Source: an uncultured delta proteobacterium (GTDB taxonomy: Bacteria > Desulfobacterota > Binatia > UBA9968). From it: a DNA stretch of 64,000 bases. The stretch's first letter is position 1. Every line of letters begins with the position of its first letter. The notes beneath the pieces were generated by a model. That model was given only the letters and a program-made list of their open reading frames with translations, did no database searches and was not told the origin of the DNA. This document shows positions 1-9,495 of the stretch, piece after piece. The position numbers were made by a program, and so were the translations under genes. The stretch is taken from the NCBI GenBank assembly GCA_963847445.1, contig CAWJZV010000030.1:192001-256000 (forward strand), given 5' to 3'.

Positions 1-164
1 GCAAGCGCATCTATGGTGCAGCGCAACGGCTGATCGCCGATGATCTGCCCTATGTGCCGCTGTGGTGGCAGAAAAATGTCATCGCCAAGAAGACCAACGT
101 CCAAGGCTTTGTTCCCTATCCCGACGGCGATCTCATATCGCTGAAACAAGTCTCACTGCGCTGA
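1..164 (+). CDS. 3' end of peptide/nickel ABC transporter substrate-binding protein (partial)
   Basis: Frame from nt 3 reads KRIYGAAQRLIADDLPYVPLWWQKNV...SLR*, an SBP family 5-type C-terminus directly upstream of two permeases. Confidence 0.8.
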   Translation, partial: KRIYGAAQRLIADDLPYVPLWWQKNVIAKKTNVQGFVPYPDGDLISLKQVSLR

Positions 165-176
165 GCTCCGACGCCC

Positions 177-1101
177 GTGAAAACATTTATCTGGCGCCGC
201 CTGCTGCTCCTGCTGCCGACTCTCTTCGGCGCGTTGTCATTGGTCTTTCTGCTGGTTCACTTGATTCCCGGCGACCCCGTCGAGGTCATGCTCGGCGAGA
301 CCGCCAGCGGCGCCGATAAACTGGAACTGCGCCGCGCCCTCGGATTGGATCAACCGCTGGCGACGCAGTATCGAAACTTTCTGACCAAGCTCGCCGCCGG
401 CGATCTCGGCCGTTCGCTCTTCGAGCAGGCAAGCGTCAGTGCAATCATCGGCCAACGGCTGCCGGCGACTCTCGAACTGGCGTTGTGCGCCATGATCGCC
501 GCGCTGGCCATCTCGTTTCCACTGGCGTTTCTCGCGGCGCGCCGGCCCGGCAGCCTGATGGATCGCTGCGCTCTATTATTCTCTCTGCTCGGCCTGTCGC
601 TGCCGAATTTTTGGCTCGGGCCGCTGTTGATGATTCTGTTTTCGATTCAGCTCGGCTGGACGCCGGTGTCGGGCCGCGGCGGACTAGCTCCATGTCATTC
701 TGCCCTCGCTCACGTTGGGATTGGGCATGGCCGCGATCCTGACGCGCATTTTGCGCGCCAGTTTGATTCAGGTCGCCCGCGCCGAATTCGTCCAAACCGC
801 CCGCGCCAAAGGCTTAAGCGAACAATCGGTCTGGCTCAAACATATGCTGCGCAACGCGCTGTTATCGGTGGTGACGATCATGAGTCTGCAATTCGGCGCC
901 CTGCTCGCCGGCTCGTTGATCACCGAAACCGTATTCAGTTGGCCTGGCATCGGCAGACTGACCGTGCAGGCGATCCAGACTCGCGACTATCCGCTGGTGC
1001 AAGGTTGTGTGTTGGTCATCGCGGTCGCCTATGTGCTGGTGAATTTCTTTACCGACATCCTTTACAAACTTGTCGACCCGCGGGTGAGCTATGGCGACTA
1101 G
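177..1101 (+). CDS. dppB: Peptide ABC transporter permease (DppB/NikB family), frameshift near 690
   Basis: PGDP N-terminal motif; ARAKGL and RDYPLVQG in the second frame (715..1101). Confidence 0.85.
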
Positions 1102-1891
1102 AGTCTGGTTCAACACCGGCGTGGCGATCTTGCTGGTCCTGTTAGTCTCGGCGCTACTGGCACCGGTCATAGCGCCGCATAATCCATTACGGCAAAATTT
1201 AGAAAACGACCTGATCGCTTACAGCGCCGCTCATCCGCTCGGCACCGATAAACTCGGCCGCGATATCTTGAGCCGGACGCTTTACGGCACGCGCATCTCG
1301 CTCTCGGTCGGCTTCGCCACCGTGGCGCTCTCCCTCGCCATCGGCTTCGTCGTCGGCGCGCTCGCCGGTTACTTCGGCGGCTGGATCGATTTACTGCTCA
1401 TGCGCCTGGTCGATATCCTGCTGGCGTTTCCCGGCATTCTCCTGGCCATCGCCTTCACCGCCGTGCTCGGGCCCGGGCTCGATCACGTCATCCTCGCGCT
1501 TTGCCTGATCGGCTGGACCGGCTATGCCCGTCTGGTGCGCGGCGAGATCATCGCCCTGCGCGAACGAGAATTCGTCCAAGCCGCCCGCGCCCTCGGCGGC
1601 AGTCCCAAGCGCGTTGTTTTGCGCCATCTGTTACCCAATCTCCTGGCACCGTTATTGATCCAAGCGACTTTCGGCCTCGCCGCCGCGATCATCGCCGAAG
1701 GCAGCTTGAGCTTCCTCGGCCTTGGCGTCGAACCGCCGACACCGTCCTGGGGATCGATGCTGAACGACGGCCGGCAATTTCTCCTGGTCGCGCCGCATCT
1801 CACCACCTATCCCGGGCTGGCGATCATGATCACGGTCTTCGCGCTCAATCTCGTCGGGGACGGATTACAAGAACGGCTTAGAAGGCGATAG
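1091..1891 (+). CDS. dppC: Peptide ABC transporter permease (DppC family)
   Basis: HPLGTDKLGRD, LSFLGLGVEPPTPSWG and NLVGDGL motifs. Confidence 0.9.
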   Translation: MATRVWFNTGVAILLVLLVSALLAPVIAPHNPLRQNLENDLIAYSAAHPLGTDKLGRDILSRTLYGTRISLSVGFATVALSLAIGFVVGALAGYFGGWIDLLLMRLVDILLAFPGILLAIAFTAVLGPGLDHVILALCLIGWTGYARLVRGEIIALREREFVQAARALGGSPKRVVLRHLLPNLLAPLLIQATFGLAAAIIAEGSLSFLGLGVEPPTPSWGSMLNDGRQFLLVAPHLTTYPGLAIMITVFALNLVGDGLQERLRRR

Positions 1892-2000
1892 TTCAAGCCG
1901 TTCAAATCGTTCAATCGCTGCGCTCCGTTCAAAGCGTTTTCGCATCGAGAGTTTTCCGATCTGAGATTTGAACGACTTGAACGTTTTGAACGACTTGAAC
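1891..2000. repeat. Tandem-repeat hairpin, family A (GTTCAAnnn x4 ... TTGAACnnn x4)
   Basis: Four GTTCAA units, a short spacer, then four inverted TTGAAC units. Confidence 0.85.
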
Positions 2001-2069
2001 GAGTTCGTACTAGATTGCCTAACCCCGGCCACGATGGTAATTAGTCTCAGAACCAAGGAGGGCTCCGCG

Positions 2070-2631
2070 ATGAAATTATACACCAGCCGCACCTGACCCT
2101 ACGCCCACAGGACAAGGATTGTCCTGGCCGAAAAGAACATCCCTTACCAAACGATCGAAGTCGATCTCAAGAACAAACCGGAAGATCTGGTTAAGCAAAA
2201 TCCCTACGGCAAGGTGCCGGTGTTGGTCGACGGCGATGGCGTCATCTACGAGTCGGCCGTGATCAACGAGTATCTCGACGAGAAATTCGCCGACGCGCCG
2301 CTCATGCCGCGCAATCAACTCGACCGCGCCAAGGTGAGGATTTGGGTGGATTTCTTCAACACCCGCGTGCATCCGACGGGAAGCGATCTGCAAAAAAAAC
2401 GTGACCCGGAGAAAGCCCAAGCGCGCATGGATCAACACCTGCGCACTCTCGACGACGCCTTGGCCGGCAATGATTATCTGGTCGGCAATCAGTTCTCGCT
2501 GGCGGATGTCACGTTCATCCCCTTCTACACCCGGCGCGAACGCTACACCGTCGACATTCGACAACTACCCCAACATCAAACGTTGGGCGGAGAAGCTGAT
2601 CGCGCGTCCGCAGGTGGCGCCGACGCTATAA
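2070..2631 (+). CDS. Glutathione S-transferase, probable selenoprotein (UGA at 2094-2096), frameshift near 2558
   Basis: AAGGAGG RBS then MKLYTSRT-TGA-PYAHRTRIVLAEK, in frame with NPYGKVPVL...ESAVINEYLDE; C-terminus YPNIKRWAEKLIARP in an adjacent frame. Confidence 0.85.
2108..2126 (+). promoter_or_regulatory. Putative bacterial SECIS hairpin
   Basis: Perfect stem CAGGACAA-gga-TTGTCCTG beginning 11 nt after the in-frame TGA. Confidence 0.7.
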
Positions 2632-2640
2632 CACACCAAT

Positions 2641-2713
2641 TGGAGTGATGGAGTATTGGAGTGTTGGGAACGAATCCCATTACTCCCACCACTCCAATAC
2701 TCCATCTACTCCA
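2641..2713. repeat. Tandem-repeat hairpin, family B (TGGAGTnn ... nnACTCCA)
   Basis: 8-nt period TGGAGT units with inverted ACTCCA units. Confidence 0.85.
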
Positions 2714-2723
2714 GGAGCTATTT

Positions 2724-3779
2724 ATGCAACCCATCCTCGTCAGTCCCCAAGAGATTCGCGGCATTGTCACCATGAACGAAGCGGTCGAAGCCGTGCGCTT
2801 CGGCTTTCGCGAGTGGGGTGAGAGACCCCAGCTCAACGCGCCGCGCCGGCGCATTCACATTCCCACCGGCGTGCGCGTGAGCGTGCACCAGGGCGGCGTG
2901 CCGGCAGCCAAAGCCACCGGCCTGATGACCCATTGCGAGTGGGTCAAGCCGATGGCCAGCGAGCAAGTCTATCCGCGCCTCAATCATCCGGTCATCGTGC
3001 TCTACGACGCCGCCGAAGGCGAATTGAAAGGCATCATCGTCGGCGAGATCACCTGCTCGGAGTTGCCGGATAACATCGCCGTCACCGGCCTGCGCACCGC
3101 CGCCACCAGCGCCGTCGGCACCGACCTGCTGGCGCGGCCCGACGCTTCGAGCCTGGGAATCTTCGGCGCCGCCGGCCAGGCGAAAAATCATCTGCTCGCC
3201 TTGATGCAAGTGCGCAAGTTGAAAACGGTCAAGGTCTACAGCCGCAACCCGGAGAACCGCAAACAGTTCTGCGACGAGATGGGACCGCTCACCAATCTCA
3301 ACATCACGCCGGTGGCAACCCCGGCCGAAGCGGTGCGCGGCGTCGACATCGTCCTGACGGCGACCAACTCCAGCGTGCCGGTATTCGACGGCAACCTGTT
3401 GGAACCGGGGCAACATGTGACGACCATCGTCGGCAGCAACGTCGGCCTGGTCAAAGGCGGCTTCACCGCCGCCAAGCGGCGCGAGATCGACGACGCCACG
3501 TTGTCGCGCAGCCATGTCCACGGCATCGTGTCGATACAACAGGCGGTGCAAGACGAGCAGGCGGATATTTTCGATCCGGTCAACCGCGGCGTCATCAAGT
3601 GGGAACAGCTGATCGAGATCGGCTCGATCCTCGCCGGCAACAGCGAAGGCCGCACCCGCCTCGACCAGATCACATTTTACAAAAACAACGCCGGCCAAGG
3701 CGTCGCCGACGTGGCGCTGGGAGCGAAGGTGCTGGAGAACATCAAAGCAAAAAAATCCGGACTGGTCCTCGACTATTGA
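2724..3779 (+). CDS. Ornithine cyclodeaminase/mu-crystallin family protein
   Basis: GLRTAATSA, GIFGAAGQA and ITFYKNNAGQGVADVA motifs; GGAG RBS before ATG 2724. Confidence 0.85.
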   Translation: MQPILVSPQEIRGIVTMNEAVEAVRFGFREWGERPQLNAPRRRIHIPTGVRVSVHQGGVPAAKATGLMTHCEWVKPMASEQVYPRLNHPVIVLYDAAEGELKGIIVGEITCSELPDNIAVTGLRTAATSAVGTDLLARPDASSLGIFGAAGQAKNHLLALMQVRKLKTVKVYSRNPENRKQFCDEMGPLTNLNITPVATPAEAVRGVDIVLTATNSSVPVFDGNLLEPGQHVTTIVGSNVGLVKGGFTAAKRREIDDATLSRSHVHGIVSIQQAVQDEQADIFDPVNRGVIKWEQLIEIGSILAGNSEGRTRLDQITFYKNNAGQGVADVALGAKVLENIKAKKSGLVLDY

Positions 3780-3942
3780 ATTGGATTGGTGGATTGCAGA
3801 GGTTTAGCGATCAACACACCGTCACATCTAGTTTTCCCTTACCGCTCCAGGCTGCTACCTGTTGAGAAAACAACATTCATCAATGACAACCATAGACTAA
3901 TTTACAAAATATTTATGAATGAGAGGCGCCTGTCTAATCCAG

Positions 3943-4001
3943 GCTCAACGTTTGGGTGAGAGGCGCGGTCTGCCGCGACCTTCTCAACCCGATGGTTATC
4001 C
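3943..4001 (-). other. attC site of the mazEF-like cassette
   Basis: Minus strand GGATAAC ... imperfect palindrome with bulged bases ... GTTGAGC; R'' complements this cassette's GTTATCC core at 4682-4688. Confidence 0.8.
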
Positions 4002-4029
4002 GGGATCAATCCCCGCACTCCCGCCGAAG

Positions 4030-4368
4030 CTAGTTCGCTATCCCCATCCAGAGTGCTAAAGCTCGGCTCACCCGCAGCACTAAATCATCCTCCAATCGTC
4101 CAATGCTCTGCGCAATGCGAGTGCGAGATACGGTTGTGACTTTGTCAATCATGAGCTGGGACAAGGAACGCAGGCCGTTGACAGGCGACGGTTCCAGAGT
4201 AAGTCGGAAGAGTGGGGCGTCCACAAGCGTACTCGTCACCGGAACAACAGTTACGCTCGCGTGCGTCTCGTTGAACAGGTCTGACTGTACAATCAGCGCG
4301 GGACGGGGCTTGCCATAGTCACCAGGTAGAGCGACTATCACAAGATCGCCGCGCTTCAACCGGTCCAC
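4030..4368 (-). CDS. mazF: PemK/MazF family toxin
   Basis: KRGDLVIV, GKPRPALIVQSD and SQLMIDKVTTV motifs. Confidence 0.9.
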   Translation of the reverse strand: MDRLKRGDLVIVALPGDYGKPRPALIVQSDLFNETHASVTVVPVTSTLVDAPLFRLTLEPSPVNGLRSLSQLMIDKVTTVSRTRIAQSIGRLEDDLVLRVSRALALWMGIAN

Positions 4369-4580
4369 CCTTCGGTATCCCGGGTCTCGTCGAGCCAGTT
4401 CAATACCTGTGCCTCAGCGCGCCGATGCTTTGACGCAGCCCGGCTTTGACGGCGGCACTCCTCAGCGAAACCTCGAGCCCTTGTATCTGGGATCCACAGC
4501 TGCACGAGTCGCAGTCCTGCACGTCTCATGCGGGTACGATAACGCTGCACGCTTCGAGCAGGCGAACTTTCCTTTTTCAT
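4356..4580 (-). CDS. MazE-like antitoxin (DUF3018 type)
   Basis: RMRRAGLRLVQLWIPDTR...FAEECRRQS; overlaps the toxin start. Confidence 0.85.
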   Translation of the reverse strand: MKKESSPARSVQRYRTRMRRAGLRLVQLWIPDTRARGFAEECRRQSRAASKHRRAEAQVLNWLDETRDTEGWTG

Positions 4581-4681
4581 GACATGTAATATGGCATGCT
4601 ATGCAGCGGTGCGCCAGCACGCGCCCCCGAGCAACCAAAAGCTTGGGCGGTCGTCAGACGCGCCCGCCCGATCCCTCATGT

Positions 4682-4759
4682 GGATAACGCCCCGCATCAC
4701 CTGCCGACGGAAGCGGGCGAAGCCTGCTGTAGCCGGTCAGGTGCATGCGGATGTTCAAG
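4682..4759 (-). other. attC site belonging to the recombinase-transposase cassette
   Basis: Plus strand CCGCATCACCTGCCG pairs with CGG(T)CAGGTG(C)ATGCGG with two extrahelical bases; minus-strand R'' CTTGAAC and R' GTTATCC. Confidence 0.8.
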
Positions 4760-4859
4760 TAAGCCGCTGCGCGGCAGTTAATCCGTCCTGACAATCGATT
4801 CTGTCCCACACCATCGATCTTCGATAAAAGTCTCCTATCTTTTCAGAAGGAGAACGTTT

Positions 4860-5750
4860 ATGAACGATTGGTATCAACGCATGGTCGCTACTCTGCAACT
4901 CAATGGGAAAGGAGAACGAACTCAACAAGCCTACACCCGCGCGGTCCGTATGCTCTCTGAGTTCTACGGCAAAACACCGGATCTGGTCTCGGAACCCGAG
5001 CTCCAAGAATACTTCCTCCACCGAAAAAACGTCAACCGCTGGTCACCCAAGACCATGCGCATCTGTTACTGCGGAATTCGCTTCTTCTACGTCAACGTTC
5101 TCGCGCGCGATTGGCACATCCTCTCGATCCTGCGCGCTCAGAACGAACACCGCCTACCGGCCGTCCTGAGCGTCGAAGAGGTCCGAAGCATTTTGGCCCA
5201 CGTCAAAACCTTCCACAACCACGTCTATCTTTCCACCGTCTACTCCTGCGGCCTGCGCCTCCACGAAGGCCTTCATCTCGAAGTCACCGACATCGACAGC
5301 CAGCGCATGATGATCCATGTCCATCGCGGCAAGGGCGCCAAGGACCGCTATGTCCCGCTGCCTCAGTCGACTCTTCATTTGCTGCGCCAATACTGGCGCA
5401 CGCACCACCATCCCCAGTCTTCTCTTCCCAGCTCTTGGCCGCAAGCGGCACAGGCGCCAAAGCAGGCGCTCCATCCCATGGCGAAAAGCAGCGTCCAGGG
5501 CGCCTTCCGCCGTGCCAAGTGGGAGGCCGGCGTTCACAAAAAAGGCGTTTCGATCCACACCCTGCGCCATTCCTACGCCACCCATCTCCTCGAAGCTGGC
5601 GTCAACCTGCGCGTCATCCAACGCTACATGGGCCACGCTCGACTGGAAACCACCATGCTCTATCTCCACTTGACCCAGAAGGGACAAGAAGATGCCTGTC
5701 AGCTGATCAATCACGTGATGGAGGGACTCGATCATGACCTCCATCCGTGA
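4860..5750 (+). CDS. Tyrosine recombinase/integrase with N-terminal SAM-like domain
   Basis: YSCGLR, GKGAKDR, HTLRHSYATHLLE and MGHARLETTMLY catalytic motifs. Confidence 0.92.
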   Translation: MNDWYQRMVATLQLNGKGERTQQAYTRAVRMLSEFYGKTPDLVSEPELQEYFLHRKNVNRWSPKTMRICYCGIRFFYVNVLARDWHILSILRAQNEHRLPAVLSVEEVRSILAHVKTFHNHVYLSTVYSCGLRLHEGLHLEVTDIDSQRMMIHVHRGKGAKDRYVPLPQSTLHLLRQYWRTHHHPQSSLPSSWPQAAQAPKQALHPMAKSSVQGAFRRAKWEAGVHKKGVSIHTLRHSYATHLLEAGVNLRVIQRYMGHARLETTMLYLHLTQKGQEDACQLINHVMEGLDHDLHP

Positions 5751-6827
5751 AATCTTCACCACCTTCGGCCCCGAGTATCTGCAACGCTACGCGACGACCA
5801 TGCCCAAGCACCCATCGCAAAGTCATCGATGCCATCATGGCTTGTCGCACCGAGGCCTGCGGCATCGCTTTCTATCAGTGCGATGGCTGTGCTGAGCCGC
5901 AACAGTTCTTCGTTTCTTGCGGCAATCGCCATTGCCCTACCTGCCAGTACACTAAAGCTCAGCAGTGGCTCCAAACCCGGATCCAGCGCCAACTGCCGGG
6001 GCATCACTTCCTGCTCACGTTTACCGTTCCAGAACAACTGCGTTCTTTCATGCGCCAACACCAGCGCGTCGGTTACTCGGCTCTGTTCAAAGCTTCTTCC
6101 GATGCCATCAAAAAACTAGCCACCGATCCAAAGCACATCGGTGGTGATCTGCCGGGCTTCTTCGGTGTGCTGCACACCTGGGGTCGAACTCTGCAGTACC
6201 ATCCCCACATCCACTACGTCGTTTCCGGTGGCGCTATGCATTCCTCCGATGGCTCCTGGCATCCCTCCAAAATCGATTTCTTTCTGCCGGTCCAAGCGCT
6301 CTCGATCATCTTCAGGGCTAAGTTCCGCGATCTGATGAAACAAGCAAAACTGTTCGATCAAATCCCACCCGAGCTCTGGCAGATTGCCTGGAACGTCAAC
6401 TGCCAAGCGGTGGGCTCCAGTCAAGCCACGCTAAAATATCTCGCCCCTTACGTCTTCAAAGTCGCCATCTCCAACTCGCGCATCGTTGGTGCCCGCGATC
6501 GCACCGTGCTGATTCGGTATCGCAAATCTCACAGCCAGCGCTCTCGAATCCTGGCTCTTGATGTTATCGAGTTCATCCGCCGCTTCCTCCAGCACGTGCT
6601 GCCCACCGGCTTTATGAAAATCCGCTACTACGGCTTTATGAACGCGCAACTGTAAGATTGCGCTCGAACGGATTCGTGGCCTGATCGAATTGAGCTACGG
6701 CTTCGCTATCGATCTCCCCGTCCCTGAGATCGAGCCCCCTCGCCGCAGTACCTGCCCAAGTTGCGGCGGGCTGCTCAAATTCCGCTCGGTCCTGCCATCG
6801 ATGAAGATTCTGCGCCGCTCGGGCTAG
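5734..6827 (+). CDS. IS91-family (Y2 HUH) transposase with zinc-binding domain, frameshifted
   Basis: SCGNRHCPTCQ, LHTWG...HPHIH, YLAPYVFK, RFLQHVLPTGFMKIRYYG and C-terminal CPSCGG. Confidence 0.9.
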
Positions 6828-7118
6828 CCGCCCATTCCCTTCAACCAATTCTGTTGGATTTCCAAATTGTTGCCCTGCTCGCTGCGGCCTGAAGGAGGCA
6901 GACGCCGAGCTGCGCTGACTTTACCGATGGCGGAGTTCCGATTCACTCTAGCTGCGGCAAATTCGAGCAGAACAAATAAATCTAAACACTCTCTACCCTG
7001 ACCATTTTCGCCGCGCACCGCAGTTCACCATGTGATTGGACCGCCACCCCCTTCGGCGCAAATCACCGACCACAACCTTTTCCCTTATATTGTTCCTGCC
7101 CGCCTTCATCACGGGCTT

Positions 7119-7173
7119 CTTGAACACCGGATTGAAACGACTCGGAAGTCGTCTCAATCCTTACGGGTTAGGC
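7119..7173 (-). other. attC site of the EF-Tu-domain-III-like cassette
   Basis: GGATTGA(a)ACGACT/AGTCGT(c)TCAATCC palindrome; cassette ends gttaggccac and gtggcctaac are exact complements. Confidence 0.8.
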
Positions 7174-7180
7174 CACGTCT

Positions 7181-7489
7181 TCATGTCTTCAAAACTCGAC
7201 CTCGTCCGACAACTCGCGGGCCTTCGCGAACTGTAAACTCCGCTCCTGGCACGAGAGGAGAATAATCAACGTTCGGATGATAAACCAAACCCAGAGTCGC
7301 CGTGAATGAACTCTGCGCTTGGACAGACTTTGGCGCGGACAAAAACATTACACCAAGATACTCGCCCTCGCCAACAACGAGATGAGGACGATACAAAGTA
7401 GGCGTGGTCAAAACAGGCGGCTGCTCTCTCCCGCCTTCCGCCTTGGTGAAGAACGCCATCTCAACTTCAATCTTGGGAACGTCGTGCAT
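7181..7489 (-). CDS. Stand-alone EF-Tu domain III-like protein (cassette gene)
   Basis: KAEGGR...YRPHL...FTVREGPRVVGRGRV resembles EF-Tu KDEGGR...YRPQF...FAIREGGRTVGAG. Confidence 0.65.
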   Translation of the reverse strand: MHDVPKIEVEMAFFTKAEGGREQPPVLTTPTLYRPHLVVGEGEYLGVMFLSAPKSVQAQSSFTATLGLVYHPNVDYSPLVPGAEFTVREGPRVVGRGRVLKT

Positions 7490-7502
7490 GGCGCGTGAAG
7501 TG

Positions 7503-7545
7503 GCCTAACTATTAAGTATACTGCCGGCATTTCCGGCGGGTTATC
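7503..7545 (-). other. attI-like array start (no adjacent intI)
   Basis: Non-palindromic GTATACT-TAATA-GTTAGGC directly before the first cassette. Confidence 0.5.
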
Positions 7546-7800
7546 CAAGCGTGTAAATTGCTAAGAACAAAATCGACTGTAATATCGGTCAACAAGTCGC
7601 AGCTTGTCAATCTCTTCTCCGGGCAAACGCTGGCCGTGCGGCGGGGTATCCAGATACCAGCCCGCGGTATAGCTCGCTCGAAACCTTTCGGTCGGCCGAC
7701 AAGCACACGAATCACCGGTAACAAGCCGCGTAGTCCACTTTTCCTCAAATTCACCTCGTATCGTGCAGCTCGTCATGGTGACGTTATCCAATTGTCTCGC

Positions 7801-9258
7801 TTACTCCACCGTCCTATCCCGCCGATCCGCGCCGCGCAGCGCTGAAGTGACGATGGCGATCGCCGCCAACCCGGCGATGACCGTCCACGAACCCTGAAAC
7901 GCATTGACGAACAATCTCGGCATTGCCGCCCCACTGGGTATGCGGCGGCACCACGGCGCTCGCCATGCCGTAGATAGTTCAGCCAGCGCATGAACAGCAC
8001 GCTGCCGACGGCCACGCCCATCGCGTTGGCGATGTTGGCCGAGGTCAACGACAGGCCGCTCACCGAGCCGATGTGGCGCGGTTCGACGGCGTTGAACATG
8101 CCGCTCAGATTGGGCGACTGAAACAGCGACCAGCCCAAGCCCAACAACATCAGCGGCGCCATCACCGCGGTCTGGCTGCTACCCGATCCGAGGAGCGCGA
8201 AGCCGACCATGCTGGCAGCGGTCAGTGTCGAGCCGACGGTGCAAAGCATGCGCGATCCCAATCGATCCGCCAGCCAGCCGCCGATGGGGGCAAGACAAAC
8301 GATCACCAGGGAAAAGAAGATCACCGTCAATCCCACCTGGGTCGGCGTGTAGTGGAGAATCCCCTGCAAGTAAAACGGCAAGAGAAAAAACGTCGAGGTA
8401 TGCGACAGCGAGACGAAGAAATGGCTCAACATGCCCGGCGGTAAGCAAGCGGACTTTGAAAAGCGAGAGATCGAGCAACGGCGCCGGATTGCGCCGCTCG
8501 AAGTAGAGCAACAAACTCACCGAGATCAATGACACCACGACTGCCAGCGCCGGAAGAGACCGAAGCCGCTCTTGGCCACCTGCTGCAGGCCGACGATCAA
8601 AGCGACTACGGTCGTGAGCAACGTAATCATGCCAAGCGGATCGATAGAGTAATCGCGCTTCTCGGTGACGGTTTCCGGGAGAATTTTCCACGCCATCATT
8701 GCCGCCGCCAGCGCCACCGGCAGGTTCATGAAAAAGATCCAGCGCCAGCCGATGGTATCGACCAAGAACCCGCCCACCGACGGGCCGGTGATGTAGCCCA
8801 GATGAAACGACATCGACATCATGCCCAGGGCGCGGCCGCGCCCTTCTCTGGCGTAGAGCGCCGAGGCGATGGCCCGGCCGTTGGCCAGTACCAGCGCGCC
8901 GCCGATGCCTTCGATCGCGCGAAAGCAGACGATCAACCATAGATACGGACTCAGACCGCAAGCCGCCGAGCCGATGCCGAGCATGACGAAGCCGAGAGTA
9001 TAGAGCCCCTTGCGGCCGAGCTTGTCGCCCAGGCGCGCCATGCTCAAGACCAGACCGACGATGGTCAATTGATACGCCAGCGGAATCCACTGCACCGCCG
9101 CCATCGAAGTGTCGAAATGCAGCGAGATCGTCGGCAAGGCGACGTTGACCGAGCGCGAATCGAGCGCGCTCAAGAAACTGCCCGAGGCAAACATTCGCCA
9201 GAGCGAGCCGTTGGAGATTCGGAGTTAAAGTTGTTTGCGCCATGTCGTTGCTTGCCAT
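7801..9258 (-). CDS. MFS transporter (EmrB/QacA DHA2 family), several frameshifts
   Basis: DSRSVNVALPTI, LGDKLGRK, WRWIFFMNLPV and LFQSPN across three frames. Confidence 0.85.
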
Positions 9259-9334
9259 CCCGAACGTCCAGGAACTCGTCTATCGAGTAGTGGTTCAGTT
9301 CACAGTGATCTCTGTTCGGATCAGCGAATCGAAT

Positions 9335-9401
9335 AGATTTCTCGCTTCGCTCGAAATGACAAATCTCGACTAGCCGTCATCCCGAACGGAGAGAGGGATC
9401 T
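9335..9401. repeat. REP-like palindrome (AGATTTCTC...CGAAATGAC type)
   Basis: AGATTTCTCGCTTCGCTCGAAATGAC followed by GTCATCCCGAAC...GGGATCT; related copy at 47959. Confidence 0.6.
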
Positions 9402-9495
9402 CATGAACAGAACCAGCTCCCGTCTACCGATTGACGCTAGCTAACTTACTTGGATAGCTTGACTCGCAAAGATAATCCAGGCTGAAAGATAAACC

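Larger units (their letters stand above)
4682..7125 (+). mobile_element. Tyrosine recombinase plus IS91-like transposase element, bounded as an integron cassette
   Basis: Two-gene module between two attC sites, with complementary GTTCAAG (4753-4759) and CTTGAAC (7119-7125). Confidence 0.75.

Noticed and set aside
2094-2096. Genome-wide UGA reassignment (Trp/Gly code)
   Set aside because: TGA terminates many genes here at their expected ends; only this UGA aligns with a catalytic Cys and has a hairpin
1891-2713. CRISPR array
   Set aside because: Units are 8-9 nt, arranged as inverted arms without unique spacers, and no cas genes are present
2718-3698. Long antisense ORFs (also 13736..14725, 19432..20691, 48154..49008)
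   Set aside because: Shadow frames of GC-rich genes with no recognisable motifs
4860-5750. Calling this recombinase IntI
   Set aside because: It lacks the IntI-specific insertion before box II and the THVLNRG tail, and it is paired with an IS91-type transposase
7560-7790. Degraded transposase or integrase remnant upstream of the first attI-like site
   Set aside because: Only a vague resemblance (EEKWT...) with no catalytic motif; it cannot be supported without a search
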